DNA of 64,000 nucleotides from Patescibacteria group bacterium (GTDB lineage: Bacteria > Patescibacteriota > Patescibacteriia > 2-01-FULL-39-33): the NCBI GenBank assembly GCA_041650895.1, contig JBAZKF010000001.1, forward strand, positions 145,685 through 209,684, in the 5' to 3' direction. Position 1 is the stretch's first letter. Every line of letters starts with the position of its first letter. The position numbers and the translations under genes are program-made. This document shows, in pieces, positions 36,984 through 47,610 of the stretch. A model generated the notes under the pieces. That model ran no database searches. It saw only the letters and a program-made list of their open reading frames with translations, and was not told the DNA's origin.

Positions 36984-38213
36984 TTATTTATCTATAAACT
37001 TATTATACCAGTCAAGAGTTTCAGCCACCTGTTTATCAAGAGAAAATTCCTTTACCACTCTTTGTCTGCCGGCTTGACCAAATTTTTTTGCCAAATCCGG
37101 ATGCTTTAACAGATCAATAATCTTGCCTGCCAGCTCCTCAGTCTTCAATGGGTTGACTATATAACCGGTCTCACCGTCAACTACGATTTCCGAAGTCCCG
37201 CCGAAGCATGTTCCCACGACCGGCTTGCCAGCTGACATGGCTTCAATATTAAACAAATTAAACGGATCAAAATAAATTGATGGCGTAACACAAACTTCCG
37301 CTGAAAAAAAAGCCAAGCCCATTTCCGAACGACTCAGCCAGCCCGTAAATAAAACCTTGTCCGTGAGCTTGGCGGCATTGCTTTTATCCATTAAGTACTC
37401 TGCGTAGCCGGTCATTTCCCCGACTATCATTAGTACCGCATTGTCAACCTCCTTTACCACCTGAATCATGGCTTCAATAATGGCGCTGCCGCCCTTGGCT
37501 TCGCTCAAACGTCCGCCGAACATAATTACTCTTTTGCCGATTAATTTGAATTTTTCCTTAAACGCTTCAATTGCCGAATCGTCCTTCTGCCAATAATCGC
37601 CGGCAATGGCGTTATGAATAGTGGCGGTGTTGGTAATGCCATTCAAAGCCAAGACATCTTTTTGTATATTAGTGATACAAAAAATCTTGTCTATATATTT
37701 GAGATAATGCCTAATCAGAACATTGCGCAAGGGGTTATATCTTTTTTTGGCGTTCCTTAAATTATCCCAGAGAGTGACTTTATAATTACAAGCGCCATTT
37801 TTTAAATTAAGTTTACCGTAATTAAAAAGCATCATATCGTGCGCCGTCAAAAAAACCGCTCGAGAATACCGACTACCGAGAAAAAACGTGTGGTAAGATA
37901 TGTGGCCGTGGACATTATGAAAATGACAAACATCGGGCTTAATCCGACTAATTATCTTTTTAAACTCAAAAATGGTTTGGGGATTGAACAAGCTAAGATA
38001 ACTAATCCAGCGATCCGGATAATGGGCGTAAATCCGATGAACTTCTATACCATCGTAAACCCCCACACCGGCCTGCTGCTTATCCTGAACGCTAGCGATA
38101 ACAAAAACACTATGGCCTAATTTTATTAAACCCTGAGCTAAATTATAAACCACTATGGACGGACCGGTATGCGTTATGGGAGGAAAATCATCAGAAACGA
38201 ATAGTATTTTCAT
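36984..38213 (-). CDS. GT4-family (GT-B fold) glycosyltransferase
   Basis: MKILFVSDDFPPITHTGPSIVVYNLAQGL. C-terminal EAMSAGKPVVGTCFGGTSEIVVDGETGYIVNP. Confidence 0.85.
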   Translation of the reverse strand: MKILFVSDDFPPITHTGPSIVVYNLAQGLIKLGHSVFVIASVQDKQQAGVGVYDGIEVHRIYAHYPDRWISYLSLFNPQTIFEFKKIISRIKPDVCHFHNVHGHISYHTFFLGSRYSRAVFLTAHDMMLFNYGKLNLKNGACNYKVTLWDNLRNAKKRYNPLRNVLIRHYLKYIDKIFCITNIQKDVLALNGITNTATIHNAIAGDYWQKDDSAIEAFKEKFKLIGKRVIMFGGRLSEAKGGSAIIEAMIQVVKEVDNAVLMIVGEMTGYAEYLMDKSNAAKLTDKVLFTGWLSRSEMGLAFFSAEVCVTPSIYFDPFNLFNIEAMSAGKPVVGTCFGGTSEIVVDGETGYIVNPLKTEELAGKIIDLLKHPDLAKKFGQAGRQRVVKEFSLDKQVAETLDWYNKFIDK

Positions 38214-38216
38214 AGT

Positions 38217-39551
38217 TTAGTTTAGTTTAGAAAAGTATCCTCTCAAATAAGAAAAATGGGCTACTAAACTGAAAAATGACCAATAAACTATCAATGAGAT
38301 AATGGCATTCAACGGGGAAGTCAACTTCAAAACAAAAAATATCAGAATAAACCCAGAAACAAGATTGACGAGGTTTATAGCAATAGCATAGATATTTTTA
38401 TTGATTGTCCGATAAACTGACCCCAAACCAATCGTAAAACCGGAAAAAATAATGCTTAATGACAGCGGATAAACCAGCTTAATGCTTAAATTAAATTCCG
38501 GGCCATAAACAATTCTAATAAGGTAAGGAGCGACAGCCAAAGACGCTAAGACAATGAAAAAAAATATAAACCCGGCAAAAAGCGACGATTTATAAAAATT
38601 GGCTTTTAGATCTTTAATCCCGGCAACCTTGGCTTTAGGCAACTGCACCTGCAATAAACGACTGATCGGGGTCAGAAAAACATTAGACAAAGCCAAATAA
38701 GCCAAGGCTATTTTCAGGTTAGCCACCTCCGCCGATGAAGCCAAGTAACCAAGGATTAATAAAGGCAGAATATTAAACAAACTAGCGATATTTTTATCCA
38801 CAGCCATGACAAAACCGAAATTAAAGTATTTCTTAATTTTGACCTGATAAAAATTAGATAGAATCTCACCAAACGCTGGTACTAATTCATTGCGACGAGA
38901 AAAATTACGATAGACTAAAATAGAAAAAACCATGGATCCGATAATCGTTAATAAATAACCCCAAACGATTCCGGCTAAGCCAAAACCCATAAAAACAAAA
39001 ATCACCGGTAAAAACACGGCAAAAAATTTATTAATATTCTCTGCAATAGTCAGATATTTTATCTTTCGCATGACTTGAAGCAGGTTCACTAATAAACCAA
39101 AAAATATTTGGAAGATGTAGCCGACGATTATTAATCTGGCTAATTCGCCGATCAAGCGGTTATGATAAAACCACTGGGCTAAGGCGGGAGCTAAAATAAT
39201 AGCGGCCAAGCCGAAAGTAAAGGAGATGATTAAGTTCAATTTAAAAAAATAGGTGATGATATCCTTGATATCCTGACGGCTTCTTCTGGCGTAAGCCTCA
39301 GCCAAAAGCGTCAAAGTAGCATAACCGGTGCCCCAATCCATAAATAACCCGGCAAAGCTGGCTAAAGCAAAAATCAAGGCGTAATCACCGTACGTGCCGA
39401 CGCCCAAAACCCTGGCATAAATAACAGAGGCGATCAGCGACAGACCCAAATCCCAAAAGGAGCCCCATTGCAAAACCAATAGGTCACGAAAAAATTTCAG
39501 CTTCCATAAATATTGCCAACCGGAGATGATTTTTTCTTTAATTACTTTCAT
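38217..39551 (-). CDS. Polysaccharide/oligosaccharide flippase (Wzx-like, MOP superfamily)
   Basis: 444 aa, about 12-14 TM helices. Architecture and length are typical of O-antigen/EPS flippases. No soluble domain. Confidence 0.5.
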   Translation of the reverse strand: MKVIKEKIISGWQYLWKLKFFRDLLVLQWGSFWDLGLSLIASVIYARVLGVGTYGDYALIFALASFAGLFMDWGTGYATLTLLAEAYARRSRQDIKDIITYFFKLNLIISFTFGLAAIILAPALAQWFYHNRLIGELARLIIVGYIFQIFFGLLVNLLQVMRKIKYLTIAENINKFFAVFLPVIFVFMGFGLAGIVWGYLLTIIGSMVFSILVYRNFSRRNELVPAFGEILSNFYQVKIKKYFNFGFVMAVDKNIASLFNILPLLILGYLASSAEVANLKIALAYLALSNVFLTPISRLLQVQLPKAKVAGIKDLKANFYKSSLFAGFIFFFIVLASLAVAPYLIRIVYGPEFNLSIKLVYPLSLSIIFSGFTIGLGSVYRTINKNIYAIAINLVNLVSGFILIFFVLKLTSPLNAIISLIVYWSFFSLVAHFSYLRGYFSKLN

Positions 39552-39561
39552 TGTTTTAATA

Positions 39562-41058
39562 TTAGAAATTAATCATCTTTTTAATGCAAATCAAAGCTTT
39601 GACTAAGGGTTTAGGAATTTTATTTTTCTTAACGAAAAATAGATGCAAAATAGAAACACCTAAACGCACAATAGGATTCCTGCGATTTTTTATCAAGAAT
39701 TCAATCTGGATCTTCTTAAGTCGGGGAATAAGATAAATAACCTTATTCAAATAGCCTTTATTCAACAAGTGGAACTGTTTCTTTAAGTATGCTTGCCCAT
39801 CGGTCAGATGACCGTCAGCGATGGCTCGACGGTATAATTCCGTGCCAGGATAAAAAGTCAAGGAGAAAAGCGATAAATGAAATGGCTTTCTAATTCGATT
39901 AAGAATGTCAATGGTTAAAAGCAAATCATCCTCGGTCTCGTAAGGATTATCCAAAATTACATCAATAATGACATTTAATCTCCCCCGATATTTATCCAAA
40001 AGCGACATGGCCGTTAAAAATTGGCTGGATTTGGCATGCCTCAGATAGATATCCTGATTTACTCGATCGCTACCGCTCTGCAGACCCATTTGGATCATAT
40101 CTAATCCAGCATCAACTAACAGTTCTAATTTAGCGGCATCAATAGTGGTGGGACTAGCCAAACAGAAAAACGGCAAATCAATCTCTGCCTTATAGCGCCG
40201 ATTAAATTCCCTGATCCAATCCAAATCATTGACAGCAAAGCTGTCATCCATGATTTTAAATGATCGAATAAAAGGGAATTTATTTTTTATCATTTTCATT
40301 TCCGTGACCAATTGATCAACGGAACGTTTTCTCAAAAAAATACCGCTATAGATGTTACGAAAAACAGAATTGCAGCAGTAGGCGCAGGCATGGGGGCAAC
40401 CGCGCGAAGATAATAAACGATGGTCGCCCCGCGCCGCCGGATAATACTGCCGAAAAACACTTTCCGTCATAGGCAGTAATTCGCCCTGATGAATAATGTA
40501 ATGGTCGAAAAAATCATAGTCTGGAAAAGGCAATTCATCAATCGCGCTGATTAGAATTGATTTTCCGCCACTAATAATTTGACTGCCATTCTTATGCCAT
40601 AAGCCGGGAATATTAACGTTCTTATAATTAAGCCAATTATCATTCTCTGTTAATTGCAAAAGGGCCGACTCGCCCTCTCCAACGCAAACCAAGTCGGCGT
40701 AAACCAAACAATTTTCCGGATCAATGGTGGGATGAATTCCGCCCCAAATTACCGGCACGCTTGGAAAATTATCTTTGATTGACTTAGTGATATTTTTTGC
40801 GCGGAAGAAATGGTTGGACATCAAACTCAAACCAATTAAATCTGGTTTATATTTATTGATCAACTCTGCAATCTGTTTTAATTCCTGTTCATTCTCCAAC
40901 TCGCCATAAGGTTTGGCCAAAAATAAAATCGCCACATCCCGGCCGAATTTTTTTAAATAAGAAGAAAGATACCTGACGCCTAAAGCGCTGATATCGGTCG
41001 GAGCCTTTTTGAATTCCTCCACATCCTGCTGATTGAGTGAAATTAACAGAATCTTCAT
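39562..41058 (-). CDS. B12-binding-domain radical SAM protein, paralog 4
   Basis: MKILLISLNQ..., GGIHPT, SSRGCPHACAYCCNS. Confidence 0.85.
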   Translation of the reverse strand: MKILLISLNQQDVEEFKKAPTDISALGVRYLSSYLKKFGRDVAILFLAKPYGELENEQELKQIAELINKYKPDLIGLSLMSNHFFRAKNITKSIKDNFPSVPVIWGGIHPTIDPENCLVYADLVCVGEGESALLQLTENDNWLNYKNVNIPGLWHKNGSQIISGGKSILISAIDELPFPDYDFFDHYIIHQGELLPMTESVFRQYYPAARGDHRLLSSRGCPHACAYCCNSVFRNIYSGIFLRKRSVDQLVTEMKMIKNKFPFIRSFKIMDDSFAVNDLDWIREFNRRYKAEIDLPFFCLASPTTIDAAKLELLVDAGLDMIQMGLQSGSDRVNQDIYLRHAKSSQFLTAMSLLDKYRGRLNVIIDVILDNPYETEDDLLLTIDILNRIRKPFHLSLFSLTFYPGTELYRRAIADGHLTDGQAYLKKQFHLLNKGYLNKVIYLIPRLKKIQIEFLIKNRRNPIVRLGVSILHLFFVKKNKIPKPLVKALICIKKMINF

Positions 41059-41121
41059 GAATATTTAAAAATTATAAAACCGATTTAATGTGTTTAATTA
41101 TAACAGAAAATACACAATTAA

Positions 41122-42258
41122 TCAATGGCCTATTAATTCTCGGCAAGCAACTAAAACCTGTTCTGGCTTTATAGCCGAGAAGCAAATTTCCACCTCAGCA
41201 ATATCAATGTCACCGTTATACAACATCTTGCATTGTGGCCGGCAAACCCGACGATCAGTGACTAAACGATAATTATTTTCCGGCCGCTGGTTGTTATCGT
41301 CGCAAGGGCCCAGGATATCAACTACGGGGACTGACAGAGCATCGGCGATATATAATAAACCAGTGTCAACGCCAATAAACAAACGGCATTTCTTCAGGTA
41401 GTATGGCAAGATATTCAGATTTTTACCCAAAATCAAATAACTTTCTCCGCCCGCTTCTTGCCTAATTTGCTCTAAGTATTCCTCTTCATCCTTGAGGCCA
41501 AAAATAAAAAAAATCGGTTGATACTCGGCATTTATCTTCTGTATTAATTCAATCCAATAATCTTTAGGCCAGACTTTATAGTCTTTGCCGGATGAAATAA
41601 CGGCACCGAAAATCATTTTATCGTCTAAGGAATTGATATGAAAAAAATCCTCTACTTCCGGGCAAGTCGCGAAGAAAAACAGCTGATTGCTTTTATTCTC
41701 AACGCTGAAACCAGCTTCCCGCAATAATTCAAAATAAAACTCCTTAATTGAGCGGTCAAATTTGTAATCTTTAGTTTTGTAATACGGATAAAGCAGACGT
41801 AATGATCTGCCGTCTAATCGCGTGGCAACCGAATAAGATTTGGCAGCATTTAAAGATAAACCTAAAATGCCGCCCTCAAAATTATTCACTAAATTAAAAT
41901 AAGCTGTAAGCTCAAATCGGCTTAAATATAGCCACTGCTTAAGCAGCCATTTCAGGCTACCTGCCTCCCGCTCATGGACAAAGCCAATTCTCTCATCAAT
42001 AAAGGGATTGCCTTGCCAAATATCCAAAAATTTATTCCTCGCAAAAACAATCAGTTTCGTTCCCTGGTTAGCTTTTTTTAAGGCCTCTAAAACCGGCGTT
42101 AAACAAACCATATCGCCCAATTTGCCCGTATAAAAAACCACTATCGCCCGACCGATTTTTCTCCCCCGATAAAACCGTCCCAATAAGCGTAGCAATAAAG
42201 CCAGAGGCAATAAAAATATTTTTCTGATTGAGTCAAATGAATAAACCCTCATAATCAA
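41122..42258 (-). CDS. GT9-family glycosyltransferase (heptosyltransferase-like)
   Basis: RAIVVFYTGKLGDMVCLTPVLEALKK matches the GT9 N-terminal signature (rILvir.g.lGD.v..tP.l.aLk). The C-terminal GVDTGLLYIADALSVPVVDILGP is also GT9-like. Confidence 0.65.
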   Translation of the reverse strand: MIMRVYSFDSIRKIFLLPLALLLRLLGRFYRGRKIGRAIVVFYTGKLGDMVCLTPVLEALKKANQGTKLIVFARNKFLDIWQGNPFIDERIGFVHEREAGSLKWLLKQWLYLSRFELTAYFNLVNNFEGGILGLSLNAAKSYSVATRLDGRSLRLLYPYYKTKDYKFDRSIKEFYFELLREAGFSVENKSNQLFFFATCPEVEDFFHINSLDDKMIFGAVISSGKDYKVWPKDYWIELIQKINAEYQPIFFIFGLKDEEEYLEQIRQEAGGESYLILGKNLNILPYYLKKCRLFIGVDTGLLYIADALSVPVVDILGPCDDNNQRPENNYRLVTDRRVCRPQCKMLYNGDIDIAEVEICFSAIKPEQVLVACRELIGH

Positions 42259-43670
42259 GAAGTTTTAGTGGTAAACCATTTTATTATATTTTTCCTATTT
42301 TTCCATAGCTTACGCGTTGAGAAAAACGGGTGCGACAAATAATATTCTATTTTGGCTCGCCGGGCGAACTGAAAAATCTTTTCATAGCTTAAATCCGGCT
42401 GCTCAAAAATCGGCACATTAGCGCAGGACACTAATGGAGGATACGATCGTTTTTCTTCATAAAATTCCGCCCAGGAAAAATCATTTGGCAGGGTGCCGAT
42501 TTTTTTGGCCTCCAGCTCAATCGCAGTATGAGGATAAATCATCGTTAGGGTTTGAGTTGTCTCATCAACGCCCAGTTTGTTCTCCAAGTACCGACTCAAA
42601 AAAACAGTCTTCTTGATATCCGCGTAAGTTTCTCCCGGCAAACCATGCATGAAAAATACTTTTAATTTTATCCCCGCCCCCTTGATTATTTTTATAGCCT
42701 CAATCACCTGGCTGACGGTAATGGCCTTCCTGATATTCTTTAAAATTTCATCACTGCCTGACTCCGCCGCCATGGCAATATGCTCGCAACCGGCTCGCTT
42801 CATCCAATCAACCAACTCGGCATCAATATTATTGGCTCGAGCCTCGCACCACCAACTGACCTTTAATTCTCTGGCGATTATCTCCTGGCAAATTTCAATG
42901 ACACGCTGTTTATTCATCGTAAAACAATCATCAAAAAATCCAACGCCATCAAGTTTGTAAGTATTTAGCAGGAACTGTATTTCATCCACGACATTTTTAG
43001 CGCTCCGATAGCGGATGTTATGGCCCCACTGCTCCGCTGTGGAACAATAAACGCAATTATACGGACAGCCGCGACTACTGATAACACTGGTACAAATCTT
43101 CGTTGATAATGGTATAGTCTGGCGATATTCATTAATCGGAAGCAAGTCTCTGGCTGGCAACGGCAAACTGTCTAAATCGGCAATTGCTTGACGGTTGGCA
43201 TTATGGATTATCTCCCCCTGATTATTGCGATAAGATAAACCATTAACGCCAGATAGATCTTCCTTATTCGCAATAGCTTTAATTAATTCTAAAAAGGTCA
43301 ACTCCCCCTCTCCCCTGACAATCATATCAATTGACTTAATATGCTTTAGAGTATCACCGGCGGTCAGTGTTGGATGAGGTCCGCCGGCCACAATCGGCAC
43401 TGCCGGCAGATTGTTTTTAATCAGTTCGGCCAACTCAAAAGCATAAAAACGATTTTGCGTGCCAAACGACAACCCGACAATATCAGCGCCTTGTTCTTCT
43501 AGGATTTCAATAATCTTTTTGTTGTCGTACCTGTTGATAACACTATCAATAATATAAACATCATTAAAACCGTTTTCCCGCAAAACCGCAACTAACCACG
43601 CCAAACCGAGTGGCGGCATGGTTTCTTTTGTTTGATAAAGGGAGGGAGGAAAAATTAAAGCTATTTTCAT
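42255..43670 (-). CDS. B12-binding-domain radical SAM protein, paralog 5
   Basis: MKIALIFPPSLYQ..., LGLAWLVAVL, GGPHPT, SSRGCPYNCVYCSTAE. Confidence 0.85.
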   Translation of the reverse strand: MKIALIFPPSLYQTKETMPPLGLAWLVAVLRENGFNDVYIIDSVINRYDNKKIIEILEEQGADIVGLSFGTQNRFYAFELAELIKNNLPAVPIVAGGPHPTLTAGDTLKHIKSIDMIVRGEGELTFLELIKAIANKEDLSGVNGLSYRNNQGEIIHNANRQAIADLDSLPLPARDLLPINEYRQTIPLSTKICTSVISSRGCPYNCVYCSTAEQWGHNIRYRSAKNVVDEIQFLLNTYKLDGVGFFDDCFTMNKQRVIEICQEIIARELKVSWWCEARANNIDAELVDWMKRAGCEHIAMAAESGSDEILKNIRKAITVSQVIEAIKIIKGAGIKLKVFFMHGLPGETYADIKKTVFLSRYLENKLGVDETTQTLTMIYPHTAIELEAKKIGTLPNDFSWAEFYEEKRSYPPLVSCANVPIFEQPDLSYEKIFQFARRAKIEYYLSHPFFSTRKLWKNRKNIIKWFTTKTS

Positions 43671-43671
43671 A

Positions 43672-45021
43672 TTATTTTTTAAAAATCACTTCCTGCCAAA
43701 AAACCGGTTTATACCAATATCCTCGGCCGTATTTAAGGCGATTCTTATAATCCCTTAAGAACAATAAACTCCAAAAAGGCTTCAATTCGGTATTAATCAA
43801 TCCCGCATATTTTTCAATATTATTCCAATGCAACCTTTTACCGGGGAATTTATTTTTTATCCGCTCGAATAAAACGGTTCCAGGATAAGGGATAACGGGC
43901 AAAAATTGTTTAACTTGCAAATTATTTTCGACAATAAAATCTATAGTTTCTTTAATGGTCTGCCGATTTTCTCCCGGTGCGTTCAATAAAACACAATACC
44001 CTCCGGCTACGCCGTTCTCTTTTAAGATATCAATCGCCGATCGTAAATCTGCCGAAGTTATTTTTTTATTAATTTCAATTAAAACCCTGTCACTGGCGGA
44101 CTCCATGCCTAAATTTACATTAATACATCCGGCTCGCTTGACTAAAGGCATAATCCCCCTACTCTTAATGATATCAGTCGCCCGGGCATTGGCGCCCCAA
44201 GAAAACCTGAGGCCTCGATCAATGATAGCTGAACAAATCCTCTCTACCCTGTCGCCATCAATAAAAAATTCCCAGTCCTGAAAAAAAACTGATTTAATTT
44301 GAAAATTATTTATCAAGTACTCAATCTCTTCTATTACTTTTTCAACACTCCTAACAATATAACGTCCGGGCATCATGGCCTTAAGGCAGAAAACACAATT
44401 GTAAGGGCAGCCGCGCGAAGTCATTATGACAGAAAAAGGCTTCTCATAATCATTGCTGGAATATTTATCCATCGGCAACAGATCATAGGCCGGCAAAGGC
44501 AAAACATCCAGATCAATGATTCTCTCACTTGGATTATTCACGATTTTGCCGCCTTGACGATAAGACAAGCCGGAAACTTTCGAAAATGCCTGCTCTGCGG
44601 CCAGGGTAACAATCAAATCAGACGCGGATAATTCTGGCTCACCCCTGATAATAAAATCAACTTGGCAATTATCAAACACCCATTCTGGCATAGTGGTGCC
44701 GTGACTGCCGATCAATATTTTGTACTTAACCTTTACCCGGTCTATAATCTTAAAAATGTTTTCAATATGGGAATTAGGGCACTCCCAGCGGTCAATCGGC
44801 GTAGAGGTAATAATGAAGGCCTCGGGACCGAAATCATTGACTGCCTGGTAAATGGATTCTAACGGCAAATTCAAAACATTGGCATCCAATAATTTGATAT
44901 CGTGGCCGGCCTGCCTTAAAATAGAGGCGATAATAGCCATCGACAACGGCTGCCTGGCCCTGACATTCATAATTGACTTCTTCTCCTGGTTAAAATTAGG
45001 AATTAATAAAAATATTTTCAT
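43672..45021 (-). CDS. B12-binding-domain radical SAM protein, paralog 6
   Basis: TSRGCPYNCVFCLKAM. The start is probably MKIFLLIPNF at 45021 (or MINLIDK at 45042). The longer track ORF up to 45207 would overlap the upstream gene. Confidence 0.8.
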   Translation of the reverse strand: MKIFLLIPNFNQEKKSIMNVRARQPLSMAIIASILRQAGHDIKLLDANVLNLPLESIYQAVNDFGPEAFIITSTPIDRWECPNSHIENIFKIIDRVKVKYKILIGSHGTTMPEWVFDNCQVDFIIRGEPELSASDLIVTLAAEQAFSKVSGLSYRQGGKIVNNPSERIIDLDVLPLPAYDLLPMDKYSSNDYEKPFSVIMTSRGCPYNCVFCLKAMMPGRYIVRSVEKVIEEIEYLINNFQIKSVFFQDWEFFIDGDRVERICSAIIDRGLRFSWGANARATDIIKSRGIMPLVKRAGCINVNLGMESASDRVLIEINKKITSADLRSAIDILKENGVAGGYCVLLNAPGENRQTIKETIDFIVENNLQVKQFLPVIPYPGTVLFERIKNKFPGKRLHWNNIEKYAGLINTELKPFWSLLFLRDYKNRLKYGRGYWYKPVFWQEVIFKK

Positions 45022-45034
45022 TTTATCGATTAAG

Positions 45035-47599
45035 TTAATCATTGATATAAACCGCTTTGCAACATCTGGAACAAATCGGTAACGAATGCTTGAATAAATA
45101 TTGACGGAATTTTTGGTAATCATTGGACAGCCAAATCTCATCAGGAGTCTTATCCAATAAGCTCCCGAAAGATTTTTCAATGATATCGCACCAAACAACT
45201 TCGCCACGCTGATTAATGCGCAACTCGGGCTGCAATAATTTCAAACAAAAAGGCCGGGACGGTTTCTGACCCAAATACTGCGGTAAGTTATGATAATAAT
45301 TCAACGGAGAGAAATTAACAAAACAGCCAGTCTTAAGTCCGTACAATCTGATTTTAGCCAATTTTTTCTTCAACTCTACGGCGTCAGTATCAGGAGGAAA
45401 AATAGGATCCCTAATCTGCGTATTAAGGCGGTAATCGCGGCCCTCTTCCCAGCCAAACTCCCGATTAAAAATACTCTTGGCTTGAGCTACGTCGGCAGAT
45501 GAATAAACTTGCTCAAATAAGACATTAATTGTTGTAATGCCTAATTTTTTAGTGGTATCAATCAATTCAAAAAATTTATCTACATTATCATTAATTAACA
45601 AGGTGGCGAAAATGGTAATAGGAACTTTAGGCATTTTGGCCTGCAAAAGCTTAATGGCCCGCTCCAACCGATCAAAAGTACCCGGTACGCCCCTAATAGC
45701 GTCATGTAACTCCTTGGGACCGTCCAGCGAGGTTAGAATATCAGTCAGATGCTTATAACCCGCTAATTGATCAATATTACGCTCATTAATAAGCGTACAG
45801 TTAGTTTGAAGGATTACCCGTTTACCGAGAGAATCCCAAAAAGCAATAAGCTGCAAAATATCTTGGCGGGCGAATGGTTCGCCGCCGACTAATTTTATTT
45901 CTTCCACCTGGCTGGACATTTTTTTAAACACCTCAAGAATCTGTTCAGCTGACAATTCCTGCTGGCGTAAATTCCTATTCTCTCCTTGATAACACATCTT
46001 ACAACGCAAATTGCATCTGATGGTCGGTTCATAGCCGACTTCATAAACTAGCGGGGACTCGGTTTGAAAAGGCAGAGCCGGCGCTTGAATAAATTTTTTA
46101 ACCCTGATAATCGCCAACCTATTCCGCCGCCAATCATAAAATATTTTTGCCAGCGGAGAGATTATTGGCACGGCTTTTACCGCTTTTTTAAGCTGATGCT
46201 TATTATTTTTCAAATAAGTTAAGAATAATCCGCAATCATAAACTAAAGGCGAAAAGAAAAAGACATAAACCGGCAGGCGATAACGCGCCAAGACAAAGGG
46301 CGAGACCATCAAAGCGGTATACAGAATTATCATCACTGCAAAAATGAAAAATAGCAGTTTATCCCGATCTTTAAAATAAGAATAAATTAAGGCGATAGCC
46401 AAGGCCAGAGAACTAATACCCCATAAAGCAACACCGGCCAAATAAGTTAATAGTTTAAGATTAATCTGTTTGATGAAGTCAAAAATTCCCTGCCAGTTGC
46501 CATTCAAGATAAATCCGGTGATATCCGGTTTAGAAAACTCCCCAGTGCAAGCCGACCACATCTCGAAGTATCCGGGCTGAAAAAAGAAAGGTATTGTCCT
46601 AATCAGATGAACCTTAAGATAGCCGCCCAGATTGCCTAATATATAAGCCTTGGCCGTTTGACTGTAATAATCCAGCTCGCGATTGAATTCAGATAAGCTG
46701 ACTGACAGGCAATCGCCTTGATTGCCGATATTTTTCCCCAGAGCGCTATCGGCTTGCCGGACAATAAGATTATAAGCATCAGCGTAAGGAATTTGTCTCT
46801 GATAAGAGATCAGCGCTGGCAGATTATAAAAATAAATATTAGTATCAAATAGATTGACCAAAGCCGGCCGATTATAAACAACCTTATTCCTAATAATGAT
46901 CGGCGAAATCACCGCAAAAAATACAATCATGAAAGCAACACAACTTAACAAAATCTTGCGCCAACTCAACTTCGCCAATCCGCCGGTCGGTACGAGTTTC
47001 CGAACCAAATAAACTAAAACAAGACCGGCTGGAAATATTAAAAGCAAGGGGGAAGTATTTTGCCTAGCTAATGTTGAAATGCCGAGCCAAAAAGCGCTCA
47101 GCAACAAATCCCTGCTCTTAGCGCTGGAGAAAAATTTCAAAAAATAATATGTGCCGCCTAAAAATAACGGGATGGCCAAATTCTCGCTGACCAACAAAAA
47201 ATTATGCCAAGCCCAATAAGGTTCAATGGCAATCAAAAAAGTAACCAACAAAGAAATCTTCTCGTTAAAAAACAAGCGAACCAGCTTATAGCCGATGATT
47301 AAGGTCACGAAAGCCAAAACTACTTGCGCCAAATAAATCGTCCATTCCCCTCCCAACCAATGCAATAAGACCGAAGTCGTCAAGTAATACAATGGCGGAT
47401 GCCAATCACAGTAATCGTGAAAAATACCCAATAAAACAGAAACAGCCGGCTGAGCCTGGTTATAAAAATTCTGCCAACCGCCTTTATTTAAGCTGGCCTG
47501 CCAAAAAGTGATAAAAATTGAAATACGCACCGCCAGAAAAGCGGCGACAATGACCAGCCATGACCGATATTTAAAAACGATATTTCTTATATTTGACAT
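45035..47599 (-). CDS. Fusion protein: N-terminal polytopic GT-C-like membrane domain (ArnT/PMT_2, COG1807-like) plus a C-terminal radical SAM domain with a terminal Cys pair
   Basis: 854 aa. The N-terminal ~470 aa have about 12 TM helices and the DWHPPLYYL motif, which is characteristic of PMT_2/ArnT-like GT-C enzymes. The C-terminal domain carries YEPTIRCNLRCKMCYQGE (CxxxCxxC), LVGGEPF, SLDGPKELHDAIRGVPGTF and ...LPICSRCCKAV. Confidence 0.7.
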   Translation of the reverse strand: MSNIRNIVFKYRSWLVIVAAFLAVRISIFITFWQASLNKGGWQNFYNQAQPAVSVLLGIFHDYCDWHPPLYYLTTSVLLHWLGGEWTIYLAQVVLAFVTLIIGYKLVRLFFNEKISLLVTFLIAIEPYWAWHNFLLVSENLAIPLFLGGTYYFLKFFSSAKSRDLLLSAFWLGISTLARQNTSPLLLIFPAGLVLVYLVRKLVPTGGLAKLSWRKILLSCVAFMIVFFAVISPIIIRNKVVYNRPALVNLFDTNIYFYNLPALISYQRQIPYADAYNLIVRQADSALGKNIGNQGDCLSVSLSEFNRELDYYSQTAKAYILGNLGGYLKVHLIRTIPFFFQPGYFEMWSACTGEFSKPDITGFILNGNWQGIFDFIKQINLKLLTYLAGVALWGISSLALAIALIYSYFKDRDKLLFFIFAVMIILYTALMVSPFVLARYRLPVYVFFFSPLVYDCGLFLTYLKNNKHQLKKAVKAVPIISPLAKIFYDWRRNRLAIIRVKKFIQAPALPFQTESPLVYEVGYEPTIRCNLRCKMCYQGENRNLRQQELSAEQILEVFKKMSSQVEEIKLVGGEPFARQDILQLIAFWDSLGKRVILQTNCTLINERNIDQLAGYKHLTDILTSLDGPKELHDAIRGVPGTFDRLERAIKLLQAKMPKVPITIFATLLINDNVDKFFELIDTTKKLGITTINVLFEQVYSSADVAQAKSIFNREFGWEEGRDYRLNTQIRDPIFPPDTDAVELKKKLAKIRLYGLKTGCFVNFSPLNYYHNLPQYLGQKPSRPFCLKLLQPELRINQRGEVVWCDIIEKSFGSLLDKTPDEIWLSNDYQKFRQYLFKHSLPICSRCCKAVYIND

Positions 47600-47610
47600 A
47601 GTATTTTCTG

